Source of the DNA: an uncultured Lentisphaeria bacterium
GTDB lineage: Bacteria; Verrucomicrobiota; Lentisphaeria; Victivallales; UBA1829
DNA length: 64,000 bases
NCBI GenBank assembly: GCA_905197955.1
Contig: CAJKAR010000018.1
Coordinates: forward strand, 16,374 to 80,373
Direction of reading: 5' to 3'
The notes under the pieces are model-generated. The model had not been told where the DNA came from. It saw only the letters and a list, made by a program, of their open reading frames with translations, and searched no databases. Below are positions 19,170 through 27,907 of this stretch, one piece after another. Numbering within the stretch: position 1 is the stretch's first letter; each line of letters opens with the position of its first letter. The position numbers were made by a program, and so were the translations under genes.

Positions 19170-20201
19170 TCACCATTTCACGACCTCCGGTTTCAAAATC
19201 ACCTCTTCCGGAACAAACGACGAATCCGTCAGAAGCCGGTACAGGTTTTCCGCACACAATTCCGCAGTCCGCAGAGGGGAAAGGACCACCTCCGCCTCCG
19301 GTCGATGCTTCACGCCGTAAAGAGCAAACGGAGTGTCATCCGTCACAAAGACACAGCGCTCCGCGGCATCCGCGGGCAGAAGGGAAAGAGCCCGGTCGCC
19401 CACGGCGGTCTCGGTTCCGAACGAAAAGAGACCGTCAACGGAATGCTTCTCGAACAGGGCGCAGATTTTTTTCGTGATATCCTCCGAGGTATTGATCCGG
19501 AGTTTTCTGTCGCAGAGGATCCCCCGCGCGGCGAATTCATCGGACCAGCCCCGGTAGACCTCCCGGCGGACACCGCTGCTCTCGTAGCCAGAAAAAATCA
19601 CATTCCGACAGCCGGCATCCAGAAAATAAGCCGCAAGAAGCCGTCCCGCAAGCACATAGTCCAGCGTGATATTGCAGGGGTGCCCGCCGACTACATCGCC
19701 GATCGTATAGACGGGCACTTCGCGGCGGAGCTTCTTAAGAACGGAAAGAACGGAACGGGATGGACGAATCCAGATGATGCCATCCGGTTTGCTGACCGTC
19801 AGCTCGGAAACCATGTCGTCGCCAACCACATTCACGATCTGCACCTTGACCGGAAGCGAAGCAAAAACATGGAATATCCCGTTCAGGAGCTTCATCGTGA
19901 AACCGTCGATGGAAGAATATTTCGCCGTGTCGATCAGAATGATGATCTTATAGGACTTCAACAGGGAAAAGGAGTCGTTGCGCCGGTTGGTCGCCCGGAT
20001 GAACATACCGCGTCCCGGACGGTTGTAGATGTAGCCGTCATTCACCAGATCCCGCAGAGCGTTCCGGACGGTGGTCCGGCTCACATGAAACCGGGCGGAA
20101 AGCTCGCGCTCCGATGAGATCCGGACCTCGCTGTCCCTGTGTTCAAACACCATGTCAATGATGTACTTCCGTATATGCATGTAAGACGGAACATTCGCCA
20201 T
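19170..20201 (-). CDS. AraR-like regulator: GntR-type winged HTH fused to a LacI/PBP1-type sugar-binding domain
   Basis: N-terminus ISSERELSARFHVSRTTVRNALRDLVNDGYIYNRPGRGMFI is a GntR HTH. The remaining ~260 aa have alternating beta-alpha character like LacI/GalR effector domains. Confidence 0.8.
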   Translation of the reverse strand: MANVPSYMHIRKYIIDMVFEHRDSEVRISSERELSARFHVSRTTVRNALRDLVNDGYIYNRPGRGMFIRATNRRNDSFSLLKSYKIIILIDTAKYSSIDGFTMKLLNGIFHVFASLPVKVQIVNVVGDDMVSELTVSKPDGIIWIRPSRSVLSVLKKLRREVPVYTIGDVVGGHPCNITLDYVLAGRLLAAYFLDAGCRNVIFSGYESSGVRREVYRGWSDEFAARGILCDRKLRINTSEDITKKICALFEKHSVDGLFSFGTETAVGDRALSLLPADAAERCVFVTDDTPFALYGVKHRPEAEVVLSPLRTAELCAENLYRLLTDSSFVPEEVILKPEVVKW

Positions 20202-20398
20202 TCAAAAAACCCCTTCCGGTAACTTCAAAAAAAAACAAGATAATTTAAAACAAAATTGGAAAAATACAAGAAAACCTATCGGAAATATTTGAAACAGCCC
20301 TCTTCCGCCGTTCTCTTTTCCTTAAATAAAAAGAGAAAATACCAGCGGTTTTCTGCAAGAAAAAACGCTTTTTTCGTCATTTCGTATCTTTCCCCCTC

Positions 20399-20427
20399 TT
20401 GACATCTACTACATTTTTTGATATAAT
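20399..20427 (+). promoter_or_regulatory. consensus sigma70 promoter of the 11.4-kb regulator-pseudopilin-giant protein operon
   Basis: TTGACA (20399-20404), a 17-nt spacer, then TATAAT (20422-20427). A near-palindrome GTGTAATAGAC (20433-20443) just downstream is a possible GntR-type GT-N7-AC operator. Confidence 0.7.
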
Positions 20428-20460
20428 ATATAGTGTAATAGACAAAAAAAGGAAAAGACC

Positions 20461-21579
20461 GTGGTTTCTCAGAAAATCAAAACCAAAGGACGCGATCCGG
20501 TAAAACGGGAGGAAATCCTCTCTTATATCCGGGAGCGGGTTCATCGCGGCATCTGGAGACCTGGGGACAAACTGCCGCCGCGCACCTGGTTCGAACAGCA
20601 GTTCGACGCCGCGCCTTTAACCGTGCAGCGCACGTTCCAGATCCTGATCGACGACAAAGTCCTGTGCTCTGAAAAACGGATCGGCACACGGGTCAGTCTC
20701 CGGCAGCCGCATCTCTCCAGATACGGAGTCATCCTGTACGGTACGCGAAAACTGGAAAGCATGTTTTCTCAGGTTTTCATCAAGGCTCTTGAACAAGTGG
20801 CGGAGAAGGAGGAGATTGACATCGACTGTTTCTTTGTCCTCGGTCTCACCAAAGACGCCGAGGATTACCGCAGACTCCTCTATGGAATCGAAAACGGTCT
20901 TTTTGCCGGACTCTTTTTTGCAACCATTCCCAATTCTCTGGCAAACACGCCGGCCGTCTGCAACGATCTGCCGAAAATCGCGATCGGTCATCCATCCCGT
21001 GAGTTTCCGGAACTGCCGACGATCAATCTGGATACGGAAGGAGTCGTCACGGAAGTCCTCCGATATTTCTCCAAATGCGGATGCCGAAGAATCGCCGCCA
21101 TTCTTTCCGGAGAAAATTCGCATCTGGAAAACTGTGTTTCTTTTCAGAAAAAAGCGGCGGAATTCGGACTGGATGCTCCGGCGGGTTATGTTCTGGAGCT
21201 CAGTGCGGTTTCGCCGTTTCAGGTCAGACCGCTGACGCATCTGCTCTTCTCGCCGGACAACAGCCAGCCGCCGGAAGGACTCTATGTCGGCGACGATAAC
21301 TTTCTGCCGCATGTGATCGATATTCTCCGCGAACGCTTCGGCGACGATGCGGAACAGAAAGTCAAAATTGTTTCACAAGTCAACTTTCCGCGAATCTCTG
21401 AATATGACTTTCCCGTCAAATTCTTCGGTTTCGATCTCGCGGACCTGTTTCTCCGGTGCATCAAGACCATGCGGGAACTCCGGAAAAACGCGCAGCCGAC
21501 TCCCGCCTTGCTCTTCGAACCAATGGAAGACTCCGCTACTATGGATTCCCATACAACAAAGAAAGAAGGAACAAGATGA
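20461..21579 (+). CDS. AraR-like regulator (GntR HTH plus PBP1 sugar-binding domain), first gene of module 1
   Basis: GTG start with an AGGAAAAG SD. The HTH region is [41 protein letters not shown]. The C-terminal domain is PBP1-like. Confidence 0.8.
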   Translation: MVSQKIKTKGRDPVKREEILSYIRERVHRGIWRPGDKLPPRTWFEQQFDAAPLTVQRTFQILIDDKVLCSEKRIGTRVSLRQPHLSRYGVILYGTRKLESMFSQVFIKALEQVAEKEEIDIDCFFVLGLTKDAEDYRRLLYGIENGLFAGLFFATIPNSLANTPAVCNDLPKIAIGHPSREFPELPTINLDTEGVVTEVLRYFSKCGCRRIAAILSGENSHLENCVSFQKKAAEFGLDAPAGYVLELSAVSPFQVRPLTHLLFSPDNSQPPEGLYVGDDNFLPHVIDILRERFGDDAEQKVKIVSQVNFPRISEYDFPVKFFGFDLADLFLRCIKTMRELRKNAQPTPALLFEPMEDSATMDSHTTKKEGTR

Positions 21580-22379
21580 AGAAGATTTTCACACTGATAG
21601 AGCTCCTCGTCGTAATCGCCATCATCGCCATCCTGGCGGCGCTTCTGCTTCCGGCGCTGCGGAAAGCCAGGGAAAAAGGAGAAGTCGCATCCTGTATGAG
21701 TAATCTGCGTCAGATGGGACAGGTCATACAGTCTTACGCCGGAGACAACAACGACTCCATGCCGATGTGTAAAAATGTGACCCAGCTCTGGTATCGTCCG
21801 AGTTTCGAAGGCTTTCTCTATCAGGAAGACGCCTCCGACAAATATCTGGCAACCTATGTCCCCGCCAGAAGCGACCTTCTTTACTGTCCCTCTCTGAAAG
21901 ACACTCTGAAAACTCAGACGAAAACCCAGTATATGGGATATATCATTCTGGGGATCTCCAGCTTCTATCCTCTCGACGGAACTGGCAACTCCACCGGAGA
22001 CGCCCATTATCTGACAGACTGGGCAAACTCCTACGGCAGATATTCTCTGAGCCGTCTTGCAACCAGTTCAATGCCCTATTCCAATGAAAACAATTCCGCC
22101 CCCAGGGCTTTTTCCAAACGGATTCTGGCTTCCGATCTGCTTTACCGCCCCAAAGACTCCGCCTATTTCGGACCCAATTTCGGACAAATTCCGGAACGAG
22201 GCGGCGCCCATTCCTGGCAGGGAGGCGGAAGCGTTTTTTCCGACGGCCATGTCGAATACCGGAACAATGGCCTGGGACGAGTCCCCGTCTCCTACGAGGA
22301 ATACAGCTACATGAGCGCAAACAAATCCTTCTATGCCGGACACTGGGCTCAACGCCCCTATGTTGCTCTGGCGAAGTAA
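21576..22379 (+). CDS. pseudopilin-like protein (prepilin-type N-terminal domain, degenerate H-X9-DG-type C-terminus), module 1
   Basis: [29 protein letters not shown]-terminus. C-terminus is [18 protein letters not shown] (H-X10-DG). The ATG at 21576 overlaps the regulator stop (ATGA). The 21456 ORF extension is rejected. Confidence 0.9.
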   Translation: MKKIFTLIELLVVIAIIAILAALLLPALRKAREKGEVASCMSNLRQMGQVIQSYAGDNNDSMPMCKNVTQLWYRPSFEGFLYQEDASDKYLATYVPARSDLLYCPSLKDTLKTQTKTQYMGYIILGISSFYPLDGTGNSTGDAHYLTDWANSYGRYSLSRLATSSMPYSNENNSAPRAFSKRILASDLLYRPKDSAYFGPNFGQIPERGGAHSWQGGGSVFSDGHVEYRNNGLGRVPVSYEEYSYMSANKSFYAGHWAQRPYVALAK

Positions 22380-22399
22380 TCACGTAAGGAATATCACCG

Positions 22400-25300
22400 A
22401 TGAACAAACACCTTCTTCTCTTTTCCCTCTCCCTTTTGTGCGCAGGCGCTCTGCATGCGGAGGAACCGTTCCAGAACCTGTTTCTCCAATGGCTCCGCTC
22501 CGGAAAAATCAATACGGCCAAAAGCGGAGAATCTCCCGCCATGTTCCAGCCGCAGGACCGCGACGGAAGATGGCGCAACACCTTCTGCACCGGAGTTCCC
22601 ATTCCCTACTATGAAACCTGGCGGACAAAACCCGTTCCATCCGATGCGCCGCAAACGTTGACCGTTCAATTCAACGGCACCGTCAATCCGGGAACCATCC
22701 TCGCATTTGCCGCCGATACGACCGATACGCTCTTCACCATCGAAGGCTTTTCCGCTCCGCCTGCCGGCATCATCACGCTTCCCGTCGGCAGGGAGATCGG
22801 ATCCCTGACGCTCAAAAGCACAAAACTCGAACCCGTCCTCATCAACAACTGGGGCAGCAGGAAAGAGCTGACCACTCCGCTGAAAGCCTATCAGTTCTCC
22901 CTGCATGGACTCTATGCCATGGTGGAACAGCGGGTCAATATTGCTCCGTTTGCCCGTCCGCAGGTCTCCGGAATCTCCCTCCAGAAGCAGGCAGATGCTC
23001 CGAGAATTTCCGCAGCGGGACTCAACGACAACTCCACCTGGCATTTCTGGCGCAGCGAAAAACTTTCCTCCGGTCAGACCGCCCGTGCCGAACTGCTTTT
23101 TCCCTCTCCCGCAACCGTCCGGGAAACCGTTCTCTATTTCGCAGGGCGAGCTTACGACCTGATTCCTAAAGCCGTGAAAGTCTCGGCGGAAACGGAGAAC
23201 GGATCTCTGGAAATCGGAACCCTCGAAGGACTTAAAAAGGAACAGTTCAAAGGAAAATTCTTCTACCGGCTCCGCAATCCGCAGCCGGATGCCAAAATCA
23301 GAAAGCTGATTTTTGAGTTCACTCCGCAGAAAGATGTTGCCGCAGTCAGCGAGATTCTCGTTCTTGCCGCCCCCGGCGACAATCCCGGATTGAAACTCCA
23401 TGCCGACAAGCCCTATTCAAAAGAGTTTTCCATTCCCCGGAACGGCGGGACCTTCGCTTCGGCAGTCCTTGTCAGCCGGACCGGTGAACGGGTCCGCAAC
23501 CTTGCGCCGGGAAGAGCCGACGGGGATAAATTCATCTTCTCCTGGGACGGCCTCGATGAATCCGGTCTTGTCGTCCCGGAAGGCACCTATCAGCTGAAAG
23601 GCGCCACGCGCGGAAATCTCCGGGCAGAATACAACAGCACCCCCTACATGCCCAATCCGATTCCATGGGTCACGCCCGATCGAAAAGGCGGATGGCTCTC
23701 GGATCACGTTCCGGCAAGCACAATCGAATTCGCCGGAGGAGCTCTCTGGATCGGAGCGCCATTCGCGGAAAGCGGCGACACCATCATGCAGCTGACTCAG
23801 GAAGGGAAAAAACTCTGGGGAGTCCGCTGGCTGAACCTTTCAGGAGCCTGGACCATCCGGGAACAGGGCGGCAAAATCTATGTTGCCTCAGGCGGCGGAT
23901 GGCTCGGAAACAAACTGTTCGTCACGGAACTGGACCCCGCTGCCAAGGACTTCAAACAGCTCCTGAAAATCGAGGTCCCGAAAGAAATGGCTCAGAAAAA
24001 AGACTGGAAAAGCCGCTCCTTCAACGGATTCGCAGTCAATGAGAACACGCTTTACCTCTCCTACTCCAAACTCAACCGGATTGATGTGTATGGAAAAGAC
24101 GGGAAAAAGATCCGCACCATCGCCCTCCCCGCTCCCGGAGCCATGCGTTTCCATAACGGGGAACTGTATCTGATCTCCGGCAATAAGCTTCTCCAATACG
24201 ATCCGGCAGCCGGAACCAGGAAAGAGATCATCTCCAAAGGACTGGTCAAGCCGGGCGATTTCTCCTTCCACAACGGAAAAATCCTTGTCGCCGACACGGG
24301 AGCCAATCAGGTCAAACTCTTTTCCATGAAAGGAAAACTCCTGAAAACAATCGGCAAAGGGACTCCGCGCAAAGCCGGAAAGTTCGATCCGCTGGTTCTG
24401 GACTCCCCGATCGCGGTCGCGGCGGACTCCCGCGGGCAAATCTGGATCGCCGAATTCTCGACCCTTCCGAAACGCATCAGCGTCTGGAGTCAGGAAGGAA
24501 AGTTCCTGCGCGACTATCTCGGCCCCGCACGCTACGAGGCGGGAAGCTGGATGGATCCCGACGACATCAACACCTACTACGCCGAAGGCATGATCTTCAA
24601 ACGGATTCGCGGCGAATGGAAACTCGATTCCGTATATCTGGATACGACACCTGCGTTTGTCCGGGTGTTTCTGGAAAAGACCATGATCCCGGAACGTCCG
24701 CTGAAACTGAACGGGAACACGTTCCTGGCCAATGACCGTCACTGGTCGCAGCCGCTGATCTGGTACGGGGTTCTGGAACAGGATCACATTCTCAAACCGC
24801 ATATGGCTCTCGGCACCTACGAAAAAATCATCGGGCTCTTCCGGGAACGGCCCGAAAACTATTCCGGCAATCCGAAGGACTACACCTTCCTCTGGGTCAA
24901 CCGCAACAACGACGGCAACATGCAGTGGAATGAGATCCAGTTTCTGAAACGTCCGTTTGCCCGCCTCCAGTGGTGCGAACGGATGGGACGGGATCTCACG
25001 CTCTACTGGCAGAGCGGAAACGAAATCAAAAAACTCCAGAGGAAACCCGGAAGCGGACTGCCGGACTACGATCTTGCCAAAGCCGAAACACTCCGGACCC
25101 TCGCCCCCGGCGAATACCTCTACGCGATGGCGCCGCTGACCGACGGTCAGCTTCTCCTGAACATGAAGCCCCTGACCTGTATTTCCCAGACGACCGGCCG
25201 TACCCTCTGGACCTATCGCAATGCCTATCCTTCGAACTCGCATGACAGTCCCCTGCCCGCGCCGGGTGAAATTCAGCACACCCTCAACGCGGAAGGAGAA

Positions 25301-26353
25301 GTTTCCGTTCCCAACTTCGGCAAAGTCTTCCTGCTGAACGGCAACAAGGGACTCCGCTATCTCTTCAGCGGCGACGGCATCTTCCTCGGCACCCTCTTCG
25401 CCGATCAGAGACTTGCCGAACCGCTCTCCATCTCCAACGTTCAGGAGGGAATGGATCTTTCGCACTACTCCCTGATGGATGAAGCCTTCTGCGGAACCTT
25501 CGAGCGCGGAGCCGATGGAAAAGTCTACTTCTCCGGCGGCAAGAACCACCATTCGATCTATGAGATCAAAGGACTGGATTCCCTGAAACGTTTCTCGCAG
25601 GACATCCGCTTCTCCTCCGAAGAGCGGAAACAGGCGGAGGAATCGCGCATCCGCGAGATTCAGAAGAAAAAAGCCGCTCTTATTGAAACGCCCTCCGTCC
25701 TGCCCCGCATTCAGGGCAATGACTGGAAAAAGGTTCCGGAACAGAAGGTGTTCAGCAATGGAAAAGTCTTCTACACCTATCGTCTGGCTTACGACAACAC
25801 CCATCTCCGCGGACAATTCCAAGTCTACGATCCGACCCCCTTCCTCAACAACGGAGGCGACTGGAAAATGCTCTTCAAAACAGGCGACTCCATCAATCTG
25901 GAATTTGCTTCGGCAAACGGGAAAGCGCCCTCAATCGGCGATATCCGTCTGCTGATCGCCCCGCTCCGCGGCCAGGCGGTCGCCGTTGCCTACCGCTACA
26001 AACTGGAAGGGGATCACAGCAAAACTGCCTCGGAATTCTCCTCGCCCATCGGGAAAACAGTCGTGGACAAGGTGGAAATTCTCAAGAACGCGAAAATTCA
26101 TGTGAAGCGCGGCGGGAACTACTACCAGGTCGATCTCTCCATTCCGCTGGCGGACCTTCCGCCGCTGGCAAAAGAGACGTTCTATTATGACGCGGGGGTC
26201 ATCTTCTCCGACGCAAGCGGAAGCCGGAACAGTTTCAATCTGTTCCATCACAGCCCCCTGAAAGGCATCACGGCCGATGTCCCAAGCGAAATACGGCTCA
26301 CGCCGAATTATATGAAAAAAATCACGAAACTCATGAAAGGCTCCACAAAATGA
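22400..26353 (+). CDS. 1317-aa secreted multidomain protein (beta-sandwich/discoidin-like x2, FlgD-Ig-like, NHL-like beta-propeller, CBM9/DOMON-like C-terminus); paralog of 27908..31816
   Basis: Signal peptide MNKHLLLFSLSLLCAGALHAEE. FlgD-Ig-like FIFSWDGLDESGLVVPEGTYQLKG. NHL-like blades (ILVADTGANQVKLFSMKGKLLKTIG; IAVAADSRGQIWIAEF). C-terminal blocks align by eye with the paralog. Confidence 0.85.
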   Translation: MNKHLLLFSLSLLCAGALHAEEPFQNLFLQWLRSGKINTAKSGESPAMFQPQDRDGRWRNTFCTGVPIPYYETWRTKPVPSDAPQTLTVQFNGTVNPGTILAFAADTTDTLFTIEGFSAPPAGIITLPVGREIGSLTLKSTKLEPVLINNWGSRKELTTPLKAYQFSLHGLYAMVEQRVNIAPFARPQVSGISLQKQADAPRISAAGLNDNSTWHFWRSEKLSSGQTARAELLFPSPATVRETVLYFAGRAYDLIPKAVKVSAETENGSLEIGTLEGLKKEQFKGKFFYRLRNPQPDAKIRKLIFEFTPQKDVAAVSEILVLAAPGDNPGLKLHADKPYSKEFSIPRNGGTFASAVLVSRTGERVRNLAPGRADGDKFIFSWDGLDESGLVVPEGTYQLKGATRGNLRAEYNSTPYMPNPIPWVTPDRKGGWLSDHVPASTIEFAGGALWIGAPFAESGDTIMQLTQEGKKLWGVRWLNLSGAWTIREQGGKIYVASGGGWLGNKLFVTELDPAAKDFKQLLKIEVPKEMAQKKDWKSRSFNGFAVNENTLYLSYSKLNRIDVYGKDGKKIRTIALPAPGAMRFHNGELYLISGNKLLQYDPAAGTRKEIISKGLVKPGDFSFHNGKILVADTGANQVKLFSMKGKLLKTIGKGTPRKAGKFDPLVLDSPIAVAADSRGQIWIAEFSTLPKRISVWSQEGKFLRDYLGPARYEAGSWMDPDDINTYYAEGMIFKRIRGEWKLDSVYLDTTPAFVRVFLEKTMIPERPLKLNGNTFLANDRHWSQPLIWYGVLEQDHILKPHMALGTYEKIIGLFRERPENYSGNPKDYTFLWVNRNNDGNMQWNEIQFLKRPFARLQWCERMGRDLTLYWQSGNEIKKLQRKPGSGLPDYDLAKAETLRTLAPGEYLYAMAPLTDGQLLLNMKPLTCISQTTGRTLWTYRNAYPSNSHDSPLPAPGEIQHTLNAEGEVSVPNFGKVFLLNGNKGLRYLFSGDGIFLGTLFADQRLAEPLSISNVQEGMDLSHYSLMDEAFCGTFERGADGKVYFSGGKNHHSIYEIKGLDSLKRFSQDIRFSSEERKQAEESRIREIQKKKAALIETPSVLPRIQGNDWKKVPEQKVFSNGKVFYTYRLAYDNTHLRGQFQVYDPTPFLNNGGDWKMLFKTGDSINLEFASANGKAPSIGDIRLLIAPLRGQAVAVAYRYKLEGDHSKTASEFSSPIGKTVVDKVEILKNAKIHVKRGGNYYQVDLSIPLADLPPLAKETFYYDAGVIFSDASGSRNSFNLFHHSPLKGITADVPSEIRLTPNYMKKITKLMKGSTK

Positions 26354-27897
26354 AATTCTTTCTCTCAGCAATCACCGCGGCGGCGCTTCTGCTTCCGGCA
26401 AGTTCGTTCGCGGAACGGATTCTTGTCGTCGGAGACAGCATCACGGGACACTCCATGAACTTGAAGTTCGGGTATACGCATCAGGTACGCAAAGCGCTCA
26501 AGGAGTGCGGAGTCGGCGATGTTGAATTCATTCCGCTCGGCGGAAGCGGTCAGTCGGTCACCTCCTGGCGAAACGTGATCCGGGACTCCCGGGCGAAAAA
26601 CCAGAAGCTCGACATCCCCGGAATCTTCGTCAGAGAGGAGTTTGACAAGGGTGCCGATACCGTCATCATCTTTCTCGGCATGAACGACGCCCTTGCTCCG
26701 TACACCGATTTTTCCTCTCTCCAGCGCTGGAAAGAGGACTACCGGAAACTCGTCAGCGATCTGAAAGCCAGACTCAAATTCAAAAAACTCATCCTTGCCT
26801 CTCCCACCATGCTGACCGAAACGCCATTTTCCTACAAAAACACCCTGATGGATGAAATGGCAAAAATCATCCGCGATCTGGCGAAGGAACTCGGTGCCGA
26901 ATATCTCGATACCCGCGAAAGTTTTCAGCAATATCATGAAGCCATGCGGAAGCAGAATCCGAAACAGAACTTCATGCTGGATTACGTGCATCCGAACGAA
27001 CGGGGCCACAACAGTCTGACGCACTCCTTTCTGAAGGCGATCGGCCGGAAAAATGTCTCCGATCACTACCTTCAGAAAACCATGCCCGCTGCCATGAAAG
27101 TTGCGCAGAAGCCCGGCATGAGCCTTTATGTGCAGAACAGTCGTGTTCCGGGGGAATTCACAATCCGCGGCTCCCTCGCCGGGGGCGATTTCAAGGATCT
27201 CAAAGCTCAGCTTCCGGAAGGACTGACCCTCAAAAAGATCGACGGTTCGGCAAACGATTTCACGCTCACGGTAACCGGAGAACCCCGACAGCTGAAAAAC
27301 ACGGTCACGGTCACCGCCGGCTCCGTGAAACAGACCCTCGCGCTGAACGCGCCCTTCCTGATCTCCACCGGCTACGACAGCGGACGCTGGTTCAAGCCGG
27401 CCGACTTCCAGAAAGAGAAAGCGGAAACGCAGATCGACCGCGATGCAAAAGCCGGAAAGGATGTCACACAAAGCATCGTCAATGGAAAGAAAACGGAATG
27501 GCTGGTCTACTACCCGACCGCCGATGTCACCGGAGGGGACGACCCGAATGCAGTGGATTTTGCCTCCGTCACCAACGGCAAACCGTTTGAATCGGGATAT
27601 CTTCTGCGCTATATCCATTCCCCGGAAGCAAGGAAAGTCAATCTGAGTGTCGGATCGAAAACTTTCGCAGGCCAGGAACAGGTCACGGTCTACCTCAACG
27701 GGAAAGAGGTGTACAGCGATGTCATCACCTCGAAAAAAGGAAAACGCGATTCCGTTCCGGTGGAACTGAAAAAAGGCTGGAACACGCTGATTGCACGGGT
27801 CAGTCACGTCACCTGGCAGTGGGCGGCAAGCGTAGGACTCAAGAATGCAGACGGATCGGATGTCCCGGACCTCACCAGCTCCATCACAGGCAAATAA
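26350..27897 (+). CDS. secreted SGNH/GDSL hydrolase (carbohydrate esterase-like) with a C-terminal beta-sandwich region
   Basis: Signal peptide present. Block I is ILVVGDSITG, block III is IFLGMNDA, block V is DYVHPNERGH. ATGA overlap with the upstream gene. Confidence 0.85.
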   Translation: MKFFLSAITAAALLLPASSFAERILVVGDSITGHSMNLKFGYTHQVRKALKECGVGDVEFIPLGGSGQSVTSWRNVIRDSRAKNQKLDIPGIFVREEFDKGADTVIIFLGMNDALAPYTDFSSLQRWKEDYRKLVSDLKARLKFKKLILASPTMLTETPFSYKNTLMDEMAKIIRDLAKELGAEYLDTRESFQQYHEAMRKQNPKQNFMLDYVHPNERGHNSLTHSFLKAIGRKNVSDHYLQKTMPAAMKVAQKPGMSLYVQNSRVPGEFTIRGSLAGGDFKDLKAQLPEGLTLKKIDGSANDFTLTVTGEPRQLKNTVTVTAGSVKQTLALNAPFLISTGYDSGRWFKPADFQKEKAETQIDRDAKAGKDVTQSIVNGKKTEWLVYYPTADVTGGDDPNAVDFASVTNGKPFESGYLLRYIHSPEARKVNLSVGSKTFAGQEQVTVYLNGKEVYSDVITSKKGKRDSVPVELKKGWNTLIARVSHVTWQWAASVGLKNADGSDVPDLTSSITGK

Positions 27898-27907
27898 GGA
27901 GCGGAAG

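Noticed and set aside
21456-21575. N-terminal extensions of ORFs in the supplied track: 21456 for pseudopilin 1, 27845 for giant 2, 33782 for GH5, 35451 for the regulator, 48085 for pseudopilin 3, 8540 for the Sel1 protein and 52984..54222 for ribokinase.
   Set aside because: The extensions overlap the preceding genes or run through promoter regions, they lack an SD, and they would bury obvious signal peptides or family N-termini. Internal starts with good SDs match the homolog N-termini.
25584-25595. TGAAACGTTTCT inside the giant-1 CDS, an 11 of 12 match to the LacI operator core at 47427-47438.
   Set aside because: It is a single half-degenerate copy deep inside a coding region of a different operon. 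It lacks the full 16-bp symmetry and is compatible with chance plus codon constraints (L-K-R-F-S).
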